Shown here in pieces: positions 41,835-54,175 of a stretch of DNA of 64,000 nt; within the stretch, counting starts at the first letter, position 1; every line of letters starts with the position of its first letter. The notes under the pieces were generated by a model. The model had not been told where the DNA came from and did not search any database. It worked only from the letters and a program-made list of their open reading frames with translations. The stretch is from Azolla caroliniana. Taxonomy: Eukaryota > Plantae > Polypodiophyta. The stretch is taken from NCBI GenBank assembly GCA_043228905.1, contig JBHGNT010000003.1:23002001-23066000 (forward strand), written 5' to 3'. The translations under genes were made by a program, and so were the position numbers.

Positions 41835-43329
41835 TGCATGCATGCATAGCTCTTAGTTGAAACCATTAGTGCCAAGTTCGATTTGATTGTTTTGTCTGTA
41901 GGTAGCAAAAGCTCTCCTAACGACAACTACCCACCAAAAGAAGAGGCAAGAGCTATTTTGAATGCCTTGTTGGCATTGACTTTAAAGAATTCCGTACATT
42001 GACCTAGTCTATTTAGGGTCCCACCTAAGCCCAATCATCATCAATACTATATTTATCAAGTTTCTTTGTTGAAAAAAATGGTATTTAAACATGACCCTGT
42101 TAATAATATAGATGCTTATCATCGTCCCTGGTAGAGGTTGCATTCGAGAACTGTATAAATTCTTTATGGGTTTGAGTTTCAAACTTAGACCTTTGGCTTC
42201 GAGAGATTAGCTGAATACCTAAGATTACAAATCCTCTTCGTTGTCAATCACTTGGAGATTGTTATGTCTGAGTTCAGATGTTAAATTAGATGTTGATGAA
42301 GCTGCTCCTAGCTGGGACACAGTGCTGTTGATCTGGCAATAAAGAAGCAATCGAGTGTTGGGTTATCCTCAACGAAAGTGAAAGTACAATGAATCTAGTT
42401 CTTGTGGAGGACACTTCACAGTGTCAATGAAGGGGAAATCCAACCCATTTTCAAACATGGTTGTTACCCTATTGCAAAAGAGTATGTGTGGGAGGAACAA
42501 GTATGTAAACATGACCCAATGGTAATCTGAAAACAAATAAACCCAACTAAGGATCATGAAAATTATATATTATTGTAAAATCATGGACTTATTATTATTC
42601 TACAGGAATGATACGACCAGAACCACTACACTATGTGATCATACACAACGGGCTAGCATTTGGACTCTCACCAAAATTTCACTAGAATACATAATCTATT
42701 GACTTTAATGCCAATCCATTGATTGCATTAACTACAGGACAACTATTAAATCCTCACCAATAAATTGATGATATTCTTTTGTTTTCCTTTGATCAACAAT
42801 CGCTTTTTGTAATGCATGCCCTAAATTTTCCTATAAACAAAAAGGTCTTAGCTTGGAATAAGTGTGTAGATACAAATTCAACTTATAGTCGAAGAATTTA
42901 GATTTCATCATGCATCTATATATATTACTCCTTCCTTAATCAATCAAATGATTGATATCATGAGAGCCACTACACTATCTAATCACACACACAATGCTAG
43001 CATTGAAGCATCATTATTTGGACTCTCACCAAAATTTCAGAACAATACAAAAGCTATTGCCTTAAACGACCAATCCATCCATTGCATTAACTATAGGACC
43101 ACTATGTCCTCACCAATAAATTGACGACATTCTTTTGTTTTCCTGCGATCAACAAGCCCTTTTTGCAATGCATGTCCTAAATTTTCCTATAAATGAAAAG
43201 GTCTTAGCTATTAATGATCATCAATTTTGACAATGACATGAGATCTTAGATTACATTTTGAGGTTACATACACACTAATCCTCCCAATGTTCACATTTGT
43301 CACCTACTACTCGGTAAATTAACCAAAAT

Positions 43330-43434
43330 TGTTAAGAATTAGGTAAGTAATTAAGCAAGGGTTAATTAGTACCTAATTACGTGATTAGTTGATAAGCCGA
43401 AGATTAAGTGATATGTGTGTGTATGTGTGTGAGA

Positions 43435-43487
<53 letters not shown>

Positions 43488-43809
43488 AACACTTATGAAC
43501 AACACAAGATAGGGGATGATTAACTCTATATTAAATTAGCATTATCATCATCAAAAACGAAAACACCCACAATGAGGTATATATAGATCTCATGTGAAAG
43601 GGTGCACATGTGTGAGGAGAATGTAGGTACAAAGGTGTAAGTCCGATATTAAATGTACTTGGGAGTGGAGGATCTAGAATATCCTATTTAAGTACAAGGT
43701 CCTATTTAAGGCGTTGTAGTCAACACTTCTAACTAGATTCTATCTAGGTAACTACGAAGTTACATGGTTGACTAACTAACTAAACTAAGTTGAGCTCGAT
43801 CTCTCAACA
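43330..43809 (-). mobile_element. Copia 3' LTR (second subfamily) with PPT at 43810-43821
   Basis: tgttaag...ctctcaaca followed by cgccccctcaag; absent from the paralogous site near 30550. Confidence 0.75.
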
Positions 43810-44301
43810 CGCCCCCTCAAGCTTAAGTGTGAGGTGTCCGACATCTGGTTCTGCTTTCGGCGTTGTCCGGCTTTGGATGTCAGCTTATGTGCGGCTTCTG
43901 TCTGGCCTTCGGTTTTCTTCACCGTGACAATCTTGGTTCCTCCCCGTCAAGCTGATGACGAAGGCTTGTAGTCTGTGGGTGAAGATCAACTACTTCCACC
44001 CATTCTGGGTTACGAGCCACTTCGGTGGAACTCTTGGGCTCTTGTTCGGCCGCTACCTTCATCACGAAGGCATAGTGATGGGCCATGTACTCGTTGTAGC
44101 GAGCTAGCCATGCCTCTATCCATTTTGTTTTACCTGTTCTTTACGAAGGTTAGGTTTGCTTCTCGTGCTAAGGTTAGCTGAAGAGGTTCTCAACCCTTGC
44201 GCTCTGATACCATGTAAAAGGAATAGCGTGGGGAAGCAATAGAAAACCGAACACAGAAACACAGGTTTAATGGAGAGCTTGAATATACACAGTACGCGGG
44301 G

Positions 44302-44332
<31 letters not shown>

Positions 44333-44657
44333 CAGAACATAAACTCAATTCAAAAAATAACTCTAACACTCTGTACATCGAACGTGCTAAACAACACTAT
44401 TTATACAAGTCCATAAAGGATTGACAGAAGTACTAACAGGTACTTCAATGCTCACACGAGCGTCTGACACTAACTACGAGACATTAACTACCTAGTAGTT
44501 CAGGCTGCTACTAGGCTTCCGGTTACTGCTTGATCGGGCTAACTGGCTCCCCAGCTCACCGAGTCAATTGCTCACCGATTCGGCTCATCCTTCCAGATGC
44601 CAATCCGGCTCAGGCTTATTCAGTTGATCTGGATCCGGTTGAGCTTGCCGCTCAACA
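43810..44657 (-). mobile_element. Deleted copia internal region (~400 bp), PBS 44201-44212 and 5' LTR 44213-44657
   Basis: Same LTR and flank as 12039-12483; gag start MDRGMASSL joined to NEYMAHHYAF pre-RT sequence. Confidence 0.85.
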
Positions 44658-44793
44658 TGTTACCGATAGAGATCGCAGCAATAAAAACAATTTCGCTTCT
44701 TCTTTCCCTCTCCACTCTTGCTTTTTCATTTCTTCTCTCTCTCTCTCTCTTCCTCTCTTTTTTGTTGTTGGTAAAAGCATGCAATTATATTAA

Positions 44794-45106
44794 GGGAAAA
44801 GTACCAGGATGCCCCTAGAAGTTCATCTATTAACCAGAATGCCCCTAGAAGTTCCAAATTTACCAAACTACCCCTATGTCCAAAAAATTACACTTTATAA
44901 AGTAATTATACACTCAAATCTACAAGCCCTATTTACCAAAGATGGAAAAAATGGACCCGAACTAGCCCTATTTACCAAAGATTTGAGTGTATAATTACTT
45001 TATAAAGTGTAATTTTTTGGGCATAGGGGTAGTTTGGTAAATTTGGAACTTCCAGGGGCATTCTGGTAAATAGACGAACTTCTAGGGGTATCTTGGGACT
45101 TTTCCC
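44794..45106. mobile_element. Mutator-type (MULE) MITE, 313 bp, ~127-bp TIRs, 9-bp TSD TTATATTAA
   Basis: ttatattaa|GGGAAAAGT...ACTTTTCCC|ttatattaa with long inverted arms. Confidence 0.92.
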
Positions 45107-45149
45107 TTATATTAATTGTATGTAAAATCCACTTAGCTACAACACTTCT

Positions 45150-46203
45150 TAGGCTCCTCTACCTATCATATGCCTATGTAGGGAGAGGGACATCCTCTAA
45201 TGCTATTCAAAAAACCCGAATAAGCATTTGAAGAAATGATCCCCACATGCTCTAACATCCAAAAATTCCACATGAGAATACCTTTTAGCTTCTTTATATA
45301 GGGTTTGACCCCATGTATATTGTCAAACATGAAAGCATTGCGCATATTCCAATTGTGTTGTAGATCGCAACAACGTAAAAATTAGAACAATATCTCCATT
45401 TCATCATTTGATCCCTTTTGAACATATTGAGAAAAAACCCATTGCTGAGGTCTCAAACAACAACGGGTTAAAACTTGCCAAATGTCCGATAAATACTTCC
45501 AAATGATAAATGCTATAGGACATTTGATGAACCTATGTGTACTATCCTCCAATGGAACGGTGCAAAAGAAACAAGTGCCATACCCTAGTCCTCGTCTCTT
45601 TAAGGCCAAACCTAATGGGAGCCCACCAATCATGACTCTCCATATGAATACCTTTGCACGAAATGGTAGATGGGAATGCCATGCACGTTGTAATATTTTC
45701 CACCATCTTGCATTTGACTTACATACATTCCACAACTTTGCTGCTTTAGGAGATAACCAAGATAATGATGCCATCGCATGATGATACAATATATTTGTAG
45801 TGACCCGTGACAAGCGCGTACCATCTTGTAACTGCCAATCTACCCAAGGTGCAAATTTTTTTTCAATGGTAAAGATCCTCACAACAATGGTATATCATGT
45901 AATTTCTCCAAAATAAATCCATAATTTGGGTGAATACATAACCATTGCGTGGCATCTTCAAAATCTAGATTCTAACAGCCTTTGAGATTCATTATCAACC
46001 ACATCTTCCAAATGTACAATCCCCAATCAAAATAAACGATTGAATTGAGATCTCAACTTCTCTTTCCCATGCCAAAACAACACTCGAGAAGAAACAAGCA
46101 ATTCATTTTGTAATGAATTACAATATTCTTGATCAATTGATGGTCCCCATTCAAAAAGAGATAATGCATCTTGCCACAATCTTACCAAATGTTGTCCACA
46201 TAC
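45150..46203 (-). mobile_element. LINE (L1-like) ORF2 3' fragment with zf-RVT domain
   Basis: WHSHLPFRAKVFIWRVMIGGLPLG...CFFCTVPLEDSTHRFIKCP. Confidence 0.88.
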
Positions 46204-47110
46204 GATCAAAGGGAGCCCTATGATAATTTATTTATTTTTCCAAAAAAAGGAAACTCCTTCCATTAGTTATAAAATTTTACAAATGAGACGATTATGTACA
46301 AATCCCCTATGATAAATTTGAAATCTTGATTGATGTTAGTAAACACATTATTGATTGAGAATGAGAACCACAACTATGATAAGCACATGGAAATTTTACT
46401 CAAGACAATTCTATAAACAACATTTTTGGTGAGAAAAATGATTGTGTGATTTTCTTAGAACATGATTTTGACAAATGCTAAAATCAAGCTATCTTTGATT
46501 GACCAAATCTATTTGTGCATTTTTTCCCCATTATTAGTGACATCATAACTTTTTGCACAATTATTTGAGGAAACCATGCTATCATTTCTCAATCACCACT
46601 TTCTAATGGTTATTAATACATAGGTCACTACCGGTTGGTGCATGGCAGTGTGGGAGCCATAGCTCTCCTAATTGTGTATGGACCTATCGCGTCCCTACAG
46701 GGATTTGTATATACTAATCTCATCTAAATATATTTTATAACTAATGGAAGGAGTTTTTTTGGGAGGGGGCAGGGGGAGGGGGAATGTCATTGATGGAATA
46801 TAAATGTTCCATGTGGAAATAATAATTCTAGTTCTCTCTCTATCTCTCTCAATTAATAATCTCTCTAGTCACACCATGAATGGTTTCAAAGGTATTAGTC
46901 ATATTGTGAAATGCATAAATACACCATAATCTTAAAAGTATTAGTCACATCATAACTTTTTCAAGAATTGTTTGAGGAAATGATCAAAGGGAGCCCTATG
47001 ATAAATTTGAAATCTTTTTTGATGTTAGTAAACACATTATTTATTGAGAATGAGAACCACAACTATGATAAGCACATGGAAATTTTACTCAAGACAATTC
47101 CATAAACGAC
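46204..47110. repeat. AT-rich repeat family (as at 240-1053); possibly non-autonomous Helitron pieces
   Basis: gatcaaagggagccctatgataa at 46204 and 46982; hairpin plus CTAA at 46692-46717. Confidence 0.55.
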
Positions 47111-50100
47111 ACTTTTGGCTCTTCATCATCATAGATATTTGATGTTGAACTGGTGTTATTATATTGTACTCCAGCCACTTTAAGTCTCTTTCATGCCATT
47201 TTTTCTATTGTACATATGTCTACATCAAACATTAGGAGAAAATGTAAAGCTATGGATAAATATACAAGTCTCGAAATGTTGGTTTTGTAAAAGGTCCAAT
47301 AACCTACCACAGTGATCAAAGTTCCTATGGTTATATATTCAAGGTGACATTCTTTCTTGTCAAATGCATGTTTTCCTGACCAACTAGAGAGGTATGCACT
47401 TCTCCAATCAAATATGTAAGGATATGATTTTGCACTTAGCCATTTGAAAAATTTGAAATTTTATTTGTTGGTAGAAACGTCATGCAAATATGATACCACT
47501 TGTATTCAATTTGCCATATCTCAATTTCCAAAATAAACTTAAATATTACTCCAGAGCTTGGGATGTTTTAAAGCCATAAATCTTTTTGTTTTATAATATA
47601 GATGGTAACTTATGAATGGTTCTAATTGCTTCCAAATTCCCTGTGAGCTAGTTCTTAGACATCATCATCTTTGTCATGAATTGTTCTTCTTCTTATATTC
47701 CCAAGAAGCACAATGTCTATTTGATTTGTCCATGATTTATGTTGTAAGACTAAATCAAGATTGAATTCCTCTCTTATAGTATGAGGATTGCCCGATTCGA
47801 TTATAGTCTAATTCCATGACACAATTTATGTTTTGCGTTGTAATTAGTGCTAAGTTGGTATATGCTAATCATATATGTAAATTACAGAGGAGGAATCAAG
47901 GCTATATAATTCACACGATATGTGGATATCAAATGTTTGTGTGCTTAGGAATGACATGGGCTACTTGATCTATCTAGGGCTTTGTATCTTGTAGGGCCAA
48001 AAGGCCACTTTGATGTATGAATTTGTATCCTTACATTTGATTTAGAACATGGCATACAAGAATCATTGTCATGTTGTTTATATCCTTCTCCTTTCAACCT
48101 TGTCATTCTTGTCATCTTGTTGCTTTTATATATCCTTCTCCTTGCAGTCTTGTTGATTATATCCTTGTGACCATCATGTTTCTTATCCTTACATTTGATC
48201 CAAAACATTGCCTCAAACGCACTTCTCCTTGTAGCCTCATGTCTTGTCATATTCTTGTTTTTATCCTTCTCCTTTCAACATTGTAGACCATTCATTCACA
48301 TTGAAATTTGGTTTCACCTTGATCTCACTAACGTGAAAACTCTTCAAAGAATCCATCTCCTATTGCTACAAGACATGAGCATAGCCTACTGCATATAACC
48401 CTATCTACACCTCTATATACATGTAAGCTCCAACATTCGTTTTGTCTAAGAATTGGCCATAAAGTATATGCAAAAAAATCAATAATTTATATATGTTTGA
48501 TATTTGATCTTTAATGAGGTAACTAGTCTTCATATTCCTTCTTCTTGCAAACAAGACTTTTGAGATAGAAATCTATATACATGTGTGTATAGTGTTCTAG
48601 TGTAGGTATTGGTATCAAAGTATAAAAAGATTGTGGTTTCTGTATCCTAATTCTAGTGATTTTTGGGCCATAATTTATCTTAAGTTCAAAGTTATAGAGA
48701 AGTAGATCTTTTATGATCTCGCAAATGTGATTTTGATTTTATATGCTTTAAACTCATAGATGTTACGAGCATGACAATAATTTATCTTGGGGTGAGTGGA
48801 AATGCAATATTCTATACACGAGGATAAACTGTGTGGGTTAATCGAGAGTGTATAGAAGGGAGGATTACTTTTAATCCCAGTAACCTTCATTACATATTCA
48901 TTGGTTTATGTTCTCTTAACAATTCTCTTATATATATATATATATGAGTACATATATACACATATAATTGTATACATATCGTAAACATATCATGTATATA
49001 TTAAGAATTTTTGACATGATATTGGTACATCAAAATTTGTCATTTTGGGGCAAGTTTCTTGGTAGTTGTTTTCATATTTTTTATGAGAAAGGCATAGTCA
49101 CCATCCTTTTTTAACAAATTCTTTTGTTATCCCCATTGGCCACCTCGATTTTGCTATATGTAACAAGAAAAACAAGCATGGCCACAATGATTGACCCACT
49201 TCGTGCTAGATCACCCTTTTGAAACCCGTGTCCAACATTCCACACTCATTACATGATTATGGGGCCACCAAAAGACCGTCATTACGAAATGCATTCTTAA
49301 TGAAGTAATCATGTGATGGGCCATGTGGTCCTACTACGAAAGAGAGGGCTAATGTTGTGATCATAAGGGCTTGACCCACTTCGTGCGAGGTCGCCGTTAT
49401 GAAACCTCATCTAACATCTTACACTCATTCCATAATTGTGGGGTCACCATAATACCAACATTACGAGAGACATTCTTAATGAAGTAACCACATTGGGATG
49501 GGCCACATGGGCCTACTATGAAAGAGAGGGTTAGTGTTGGCTTGCCCATAAGGTTTCTCCTTATGGTATGCCATTGTAATGTTGAGACTTGAAACGTACT
49601 AACATAGTTTTCTATTTAATAAGGGGGAAATAAGGATTCTAGAGACATTTGTTTTTAAATATATATATATATATATATGGGTAGATGCCTTTGCATATCC
49701 CTTGTATGCATAAACATTATATATTCAATATAGGCAAGCCATTTCTTGAGCTCAAGTGTTTCATGCCTTTCTTCTTGAGGTTTCGAGTTTAAATGTGACC
49801 AAGACCATATAATATTACTAATACATATGACTATGAAACAAGTTTAGATGTTAGGTCTATGTGCGGTTCAGGGTCCTCATTATAGAACTTAAAGAGTGGA
49901 AACCACATCGATGGGCATAGAGACATAGTTTATTTTTAACATTCTTTCATATATAAAATATTCATGACACGAACAAACATGGTTGAGCCTCGGGGAGCCG
50001 GCATGAAAAATTGATATAGAGATCATCAAAAGACATTCATTTGTCACCACTATGGCCTTTTAAAACATCTTTATGTTACCATCGCTACTTGATCTTGAAC

Positions 50101-51036
50101 CTCATCTCATACATCTAGAGGGGTATTGACGTGATATCATGATATCGATTTATGTTTGCCCAAGAAATGTTTGCGTCATGACAATATGTTATAATTATTT
50201 GTCTAAACCTATCTCATTTCTTTCCTAGACATTACATTTTTATGGCTCATAATAACGATTACCCGATGGCATTCTCCCAAGCGGAGGGGACTCAAGGAAA
50301 TACTCTTGGGGAAATCCCAATTTTGTCGTATTTTTTACATCCACAAAATTTCGTTAATTCTAGCTCAACGAGATTTCTGAACTTTGGCAATCAGATACAA
50401 AATGTCACTACAATGCAACGAGATACTAATAGACTAGATAAACGTCAAGGTGAAACATTAGAAATAATCTCTACTTGAAAAAGTTTTCGTCTTACTAGTA
50501 TCCTTCATTATCAAAACAAAGATCTTTGGATAGAAAATTGTATGCTCCAATGGGAAGTCCGCTAAGTGTGTTTTCATGCTACAGATTGTGCATTGTTTTT
50601 ATTATCAAAAAGACTTCCTCCATAATTGCAGTAATTGTTACCTTTTCTTCAGAACAACCTCCGAAGAGCCTAGCATATTGTCATATTGTTCTTTGCAAAT
50701 CATTTTCGAACAGTGGATATATTGCAACCATAAATACCGCGTGGATTCTAGAGGGGATGGTAGTAGACAATTATGTTTAATAACAATCATACAAGTAGGA
50801 TAATTACTGCTTGTAATTACTTGGATGGGAATGTATTACATCGAAAGACAAGGAACTAGATCGTAGCATAACCATAAGAGCAATGTTGCAATGTTGCAAT
50901 AAGCAGTGTGTCAGGGGTTATCGTGTAGACTTATGAATATTGTATGTATGTTGAGGCTGCAAGAAATAATAGGAGAATCAAAGAAGGAATAATTAGAATA
51001 TTGAGATAGAAATGAAACGTTAAATTATGCCATGTT

Positions 51037-51167
51037 TGAAGTAATCTATGTATGTTCATTAATCATAATGCCAAAGAGTGTTTGAATTAAAAGATAAACC
51101 TTCCTGCAACTGAAGTAATCTATGTATGTTCATTAATCACAATGCCAAAGAGTGTTTGAATTAAAAG
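51037..51167 (+). repeat. ~57-bp direct repeat (74-bp spacing) upstream of the SABATH gene
   Basis: tgaagtaatctatgtatgttcattaatca(t/c)aatgccaaagagtgtttgaattaaaag occurs twice. Confidence 0.85.
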
Positions 51168-51596
51168 TGTGAGATTATTTCCCACTTTATCTTGCTACAT
51201 AACATCCTGTGCGGATAGCCAGTATACAATTCAAACATAAAAATTCGTTCATAGGAATCACTTGCATGGGGATATTATATCACATCCATCTGTAATAAGA
51301 CACGAAAACTAGATTTGTTGCGTTTAGGAATGTTTGAGGATTCCCGCATAGATTTGTGAATAAATTGTATGTCGAGGCGGTTTTGAGATGAAAACTAATA
51401 GCAGAACTGAAAAACTGAGGATTAAAATAATTCAGTCGAAATTAAGCTATCAATTATGTCGTATTTTAAAGAATCCATGGCTCTGATTTAATCATAATGC
51501 CTAAAGGCAGTGAGAGTTATAAGACAAACCTTCCGAAAACTGAACTTGCAACATAATTTTTTTTGCAATAAAGCAAGATACAAACTGTAAAGGAAA

Positions 51597-53113
51597 ATGG
51601 AGATTGGGAAACTCATGTCTATGCAAGGTGGAGATGGAGCTGAGAGTTATGCTATAAACTCAGGTCCACAGAATTTTGGTTTTAATGCATATGCGAAAGC
51701 TCATCTTGTTGATGCCATCCAGCTATACATGGAAAACAATGCTATTTGCATTAGGGATAAGGCTAAGCAGAATGAAGATCATGTAATACAAGCCATGAGT
51801 CCAAGATTTATTCGAATTGCAGACTACGGATGTGGCTATGGGAGAAATACAGTAGATTATGCACAAATTATTGCTAGCAAATTCTTGGAATTGCATGAGG
51901 AATGCAATGAATACAAAGAAGAAACGGCTCAAAATAAACCAACGTTCATCAAGGAGCTCCAATATTGTTTTGTTGATCTTCCATCAGATGATTTCAACAA
52001 CTTATTCTGCATGTTACACGATCATGATTTTGCAAAACTTTTCAAAGGGTCATTTAAGTTCTTTTGTGCTGGTGTGCCTGGATCCTTCTACGATCGTGTT
52101 TTGCCAGAGGGGAGTGTGGATTTTGCTATTACCACCTATGCAATACACTGGCTTTCGCAGGTTTGATACACGCCATTGAACTGTTTCGGAGTAGCTTTCC
52201 ACATTGAAATTCTGAAATATGTAGAGTTACATAATGGATTTCCTGTTGGAAATTCTAGTGAAACTTGTTGCATATGAGATAACCAGAAGAAAATGTTGCA
52301 TTATATAGGCTCCAGCGGCACTTCTCGACAAAAATGCGCCGACTTGGAATGGAGGGCATGTATGGATTCCAGCAGATGGGGGTGAGGCAGCAGTCTCAGA
52401 GGCATATGCAAAGCAATTCCATGGGGATGCCAGGAAATTCCTGAGAAATAGAGCTGAGGAGATGAGAAGCAATGGGATGCTGTTTATATTAGCGACATGT
52501 GACGGACAAGAAATGGACGGATCAAAGCATGCATCAGGAAGCAACTTATGGAGTGTCTATTTCGAACAAGCATGGAATGAACTTGTTGAACAGGTACTCC
52601 ACTAATTGTCGCCATGAATCGAAGGTTTGCCTCAGGGTTTCATAGTGATTTCATTTTAACTTTAGAATTAAACATTATTCTGTGCAATATTTCATTCATA
52701 TATATATATACATACATACATACATACATACATGATACATATATATATAGGGCATTCTCGACGCTTCGGAGAGGGATACGTTCAATGTGCCGTACTACAA
52801 CTTCTCCCGAAGGGAATTTGAAGAGGCCTTAGAAAGTGTGGTGGAGCTAGAGCTGTTGGAGCTTCATGTACTCGCAAAATGTCATCATATCCCGTCAACC
52901 AAAATCGATGGTCTACTCTCCCATCCTCCTTCTTTCGGAGAGTTTTGGAGCTCTTTCATTCGAAGCCTCCTTCAGCCTCTTGTGGATGCTCACATCGGCA
53001 ATGCTCGGTCGACTCAACTCTTTGATCGACTGCGAGTAATATCTACTGAGAATGCCCAGTGTATTAAAAACCTCATTAACGATCTCTTGATTGCGATTGT
53101 TCGAAAGAAATGA
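51597..53113 (+). CDS. SABATH-family SAM-dependent carboxyl methyltransferase, 403 aa; exons 51597-52160, 52309-52593, 52751-53113
   Basis: MQGGDGAESYAINS, RIADYGCGYGRNT, DLPSDDFNNLF, GVPGSFYDRVLP, AIHWLSQ|AP, AYAKQF...FLRNRAEEM, WNELVEQ|GI...DTFNVPYY; two phase-0 GT-AG introns and no internal stops. Confidence 0.95.
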
Positions 53114-53199
53114 TCTTACTTCCGACCACAATAAATCGAATAAGCATTCAATCTGAGGCCATGGAAGTAATAGCCTCCAGTTTTGAAGACGTCGATTGG

Positions 53200-53350
53200 G
53201 ATGATATCTTGACTGTTTTCTCTTACTTTACATGTAAAAAATAAATGTCCGTCTTGATTCCTGCGAATTGAGAAACTCATCAATTAAAAATGACAGGATC
53301 TCTGGTCAAAGACTTCAGAAACTTTAGTGACAAGATCTCTGGTTCCCAGC
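53200..53350 (-). pseudogene. Small BLE2/ARM-like remnant downstream of and antisense to the SABATH gene
   Basis: Reads EILSLKFLKSLTRDP; ggatctctggtca..gaaactttag is shared with 28972-29002. Confidence 0.45.
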
Positions 53351-54175
53351 CCAGGGACTGCACTATATATAAGAAGGTTGTATCACGTGCGTTCATGACA
53401 TCATTTATAAACCCCTTATACGTATGTTTTTTACTATTTTAGTGACCCTTGTGTAGAAAAACGATTAATAAAAATGTCCCTTATTACGAATATATTTTTA
53501 GATAATCACCCATTTAAAATACCCTTACATATAAAATATACATGCACACATAGTTTCTATTCCTTGAAAGGATCAATGACCGTCTTTACAATTGATGACT
53601 CGCAAAATTATGAATCAACAGTACACATCATATGCAAATTCCTAGAAATGCTTCATCAAGTGCCACATAGATTGAAAACACAATCTGTAAAGGACAAAGT
53701 AATGCACACACAATTAGGAAACATTACCCAAAAACATTAGAGGTATAACATATATAAGCCACATATAAGTTTTTGTTTTTAGTTTATTGAGACGTATGAA
53801 GAATAGAGTATACAAAACAATGTAATTTACAATTTAACAATCTTGAACTTGACATATATATCTCAAAAAGCACACATGGAACAATCTAAAATGCATATCA
53901 ATAATGAAATTACTAACAAATTAACATTATGTTTGGTTTCATGGATAGACTCATATGAAGCCATAACATTATTTTTTCTCAAACACATTGATCAAACAAA
54001 TGGCAACCTACTTCATATTTCCATTTGAAATGTAAGACATCATCTATTCACACATTCTTACCCAAATCAAAATGAAATAAAATAAATCATTTTGTTATTA
54101 CAATGTCTACTTAAAAAACTTATTACAATAAAGGTTGCCCTTATAAAGACCAACTATATAAAAAGAAAACCCTAA

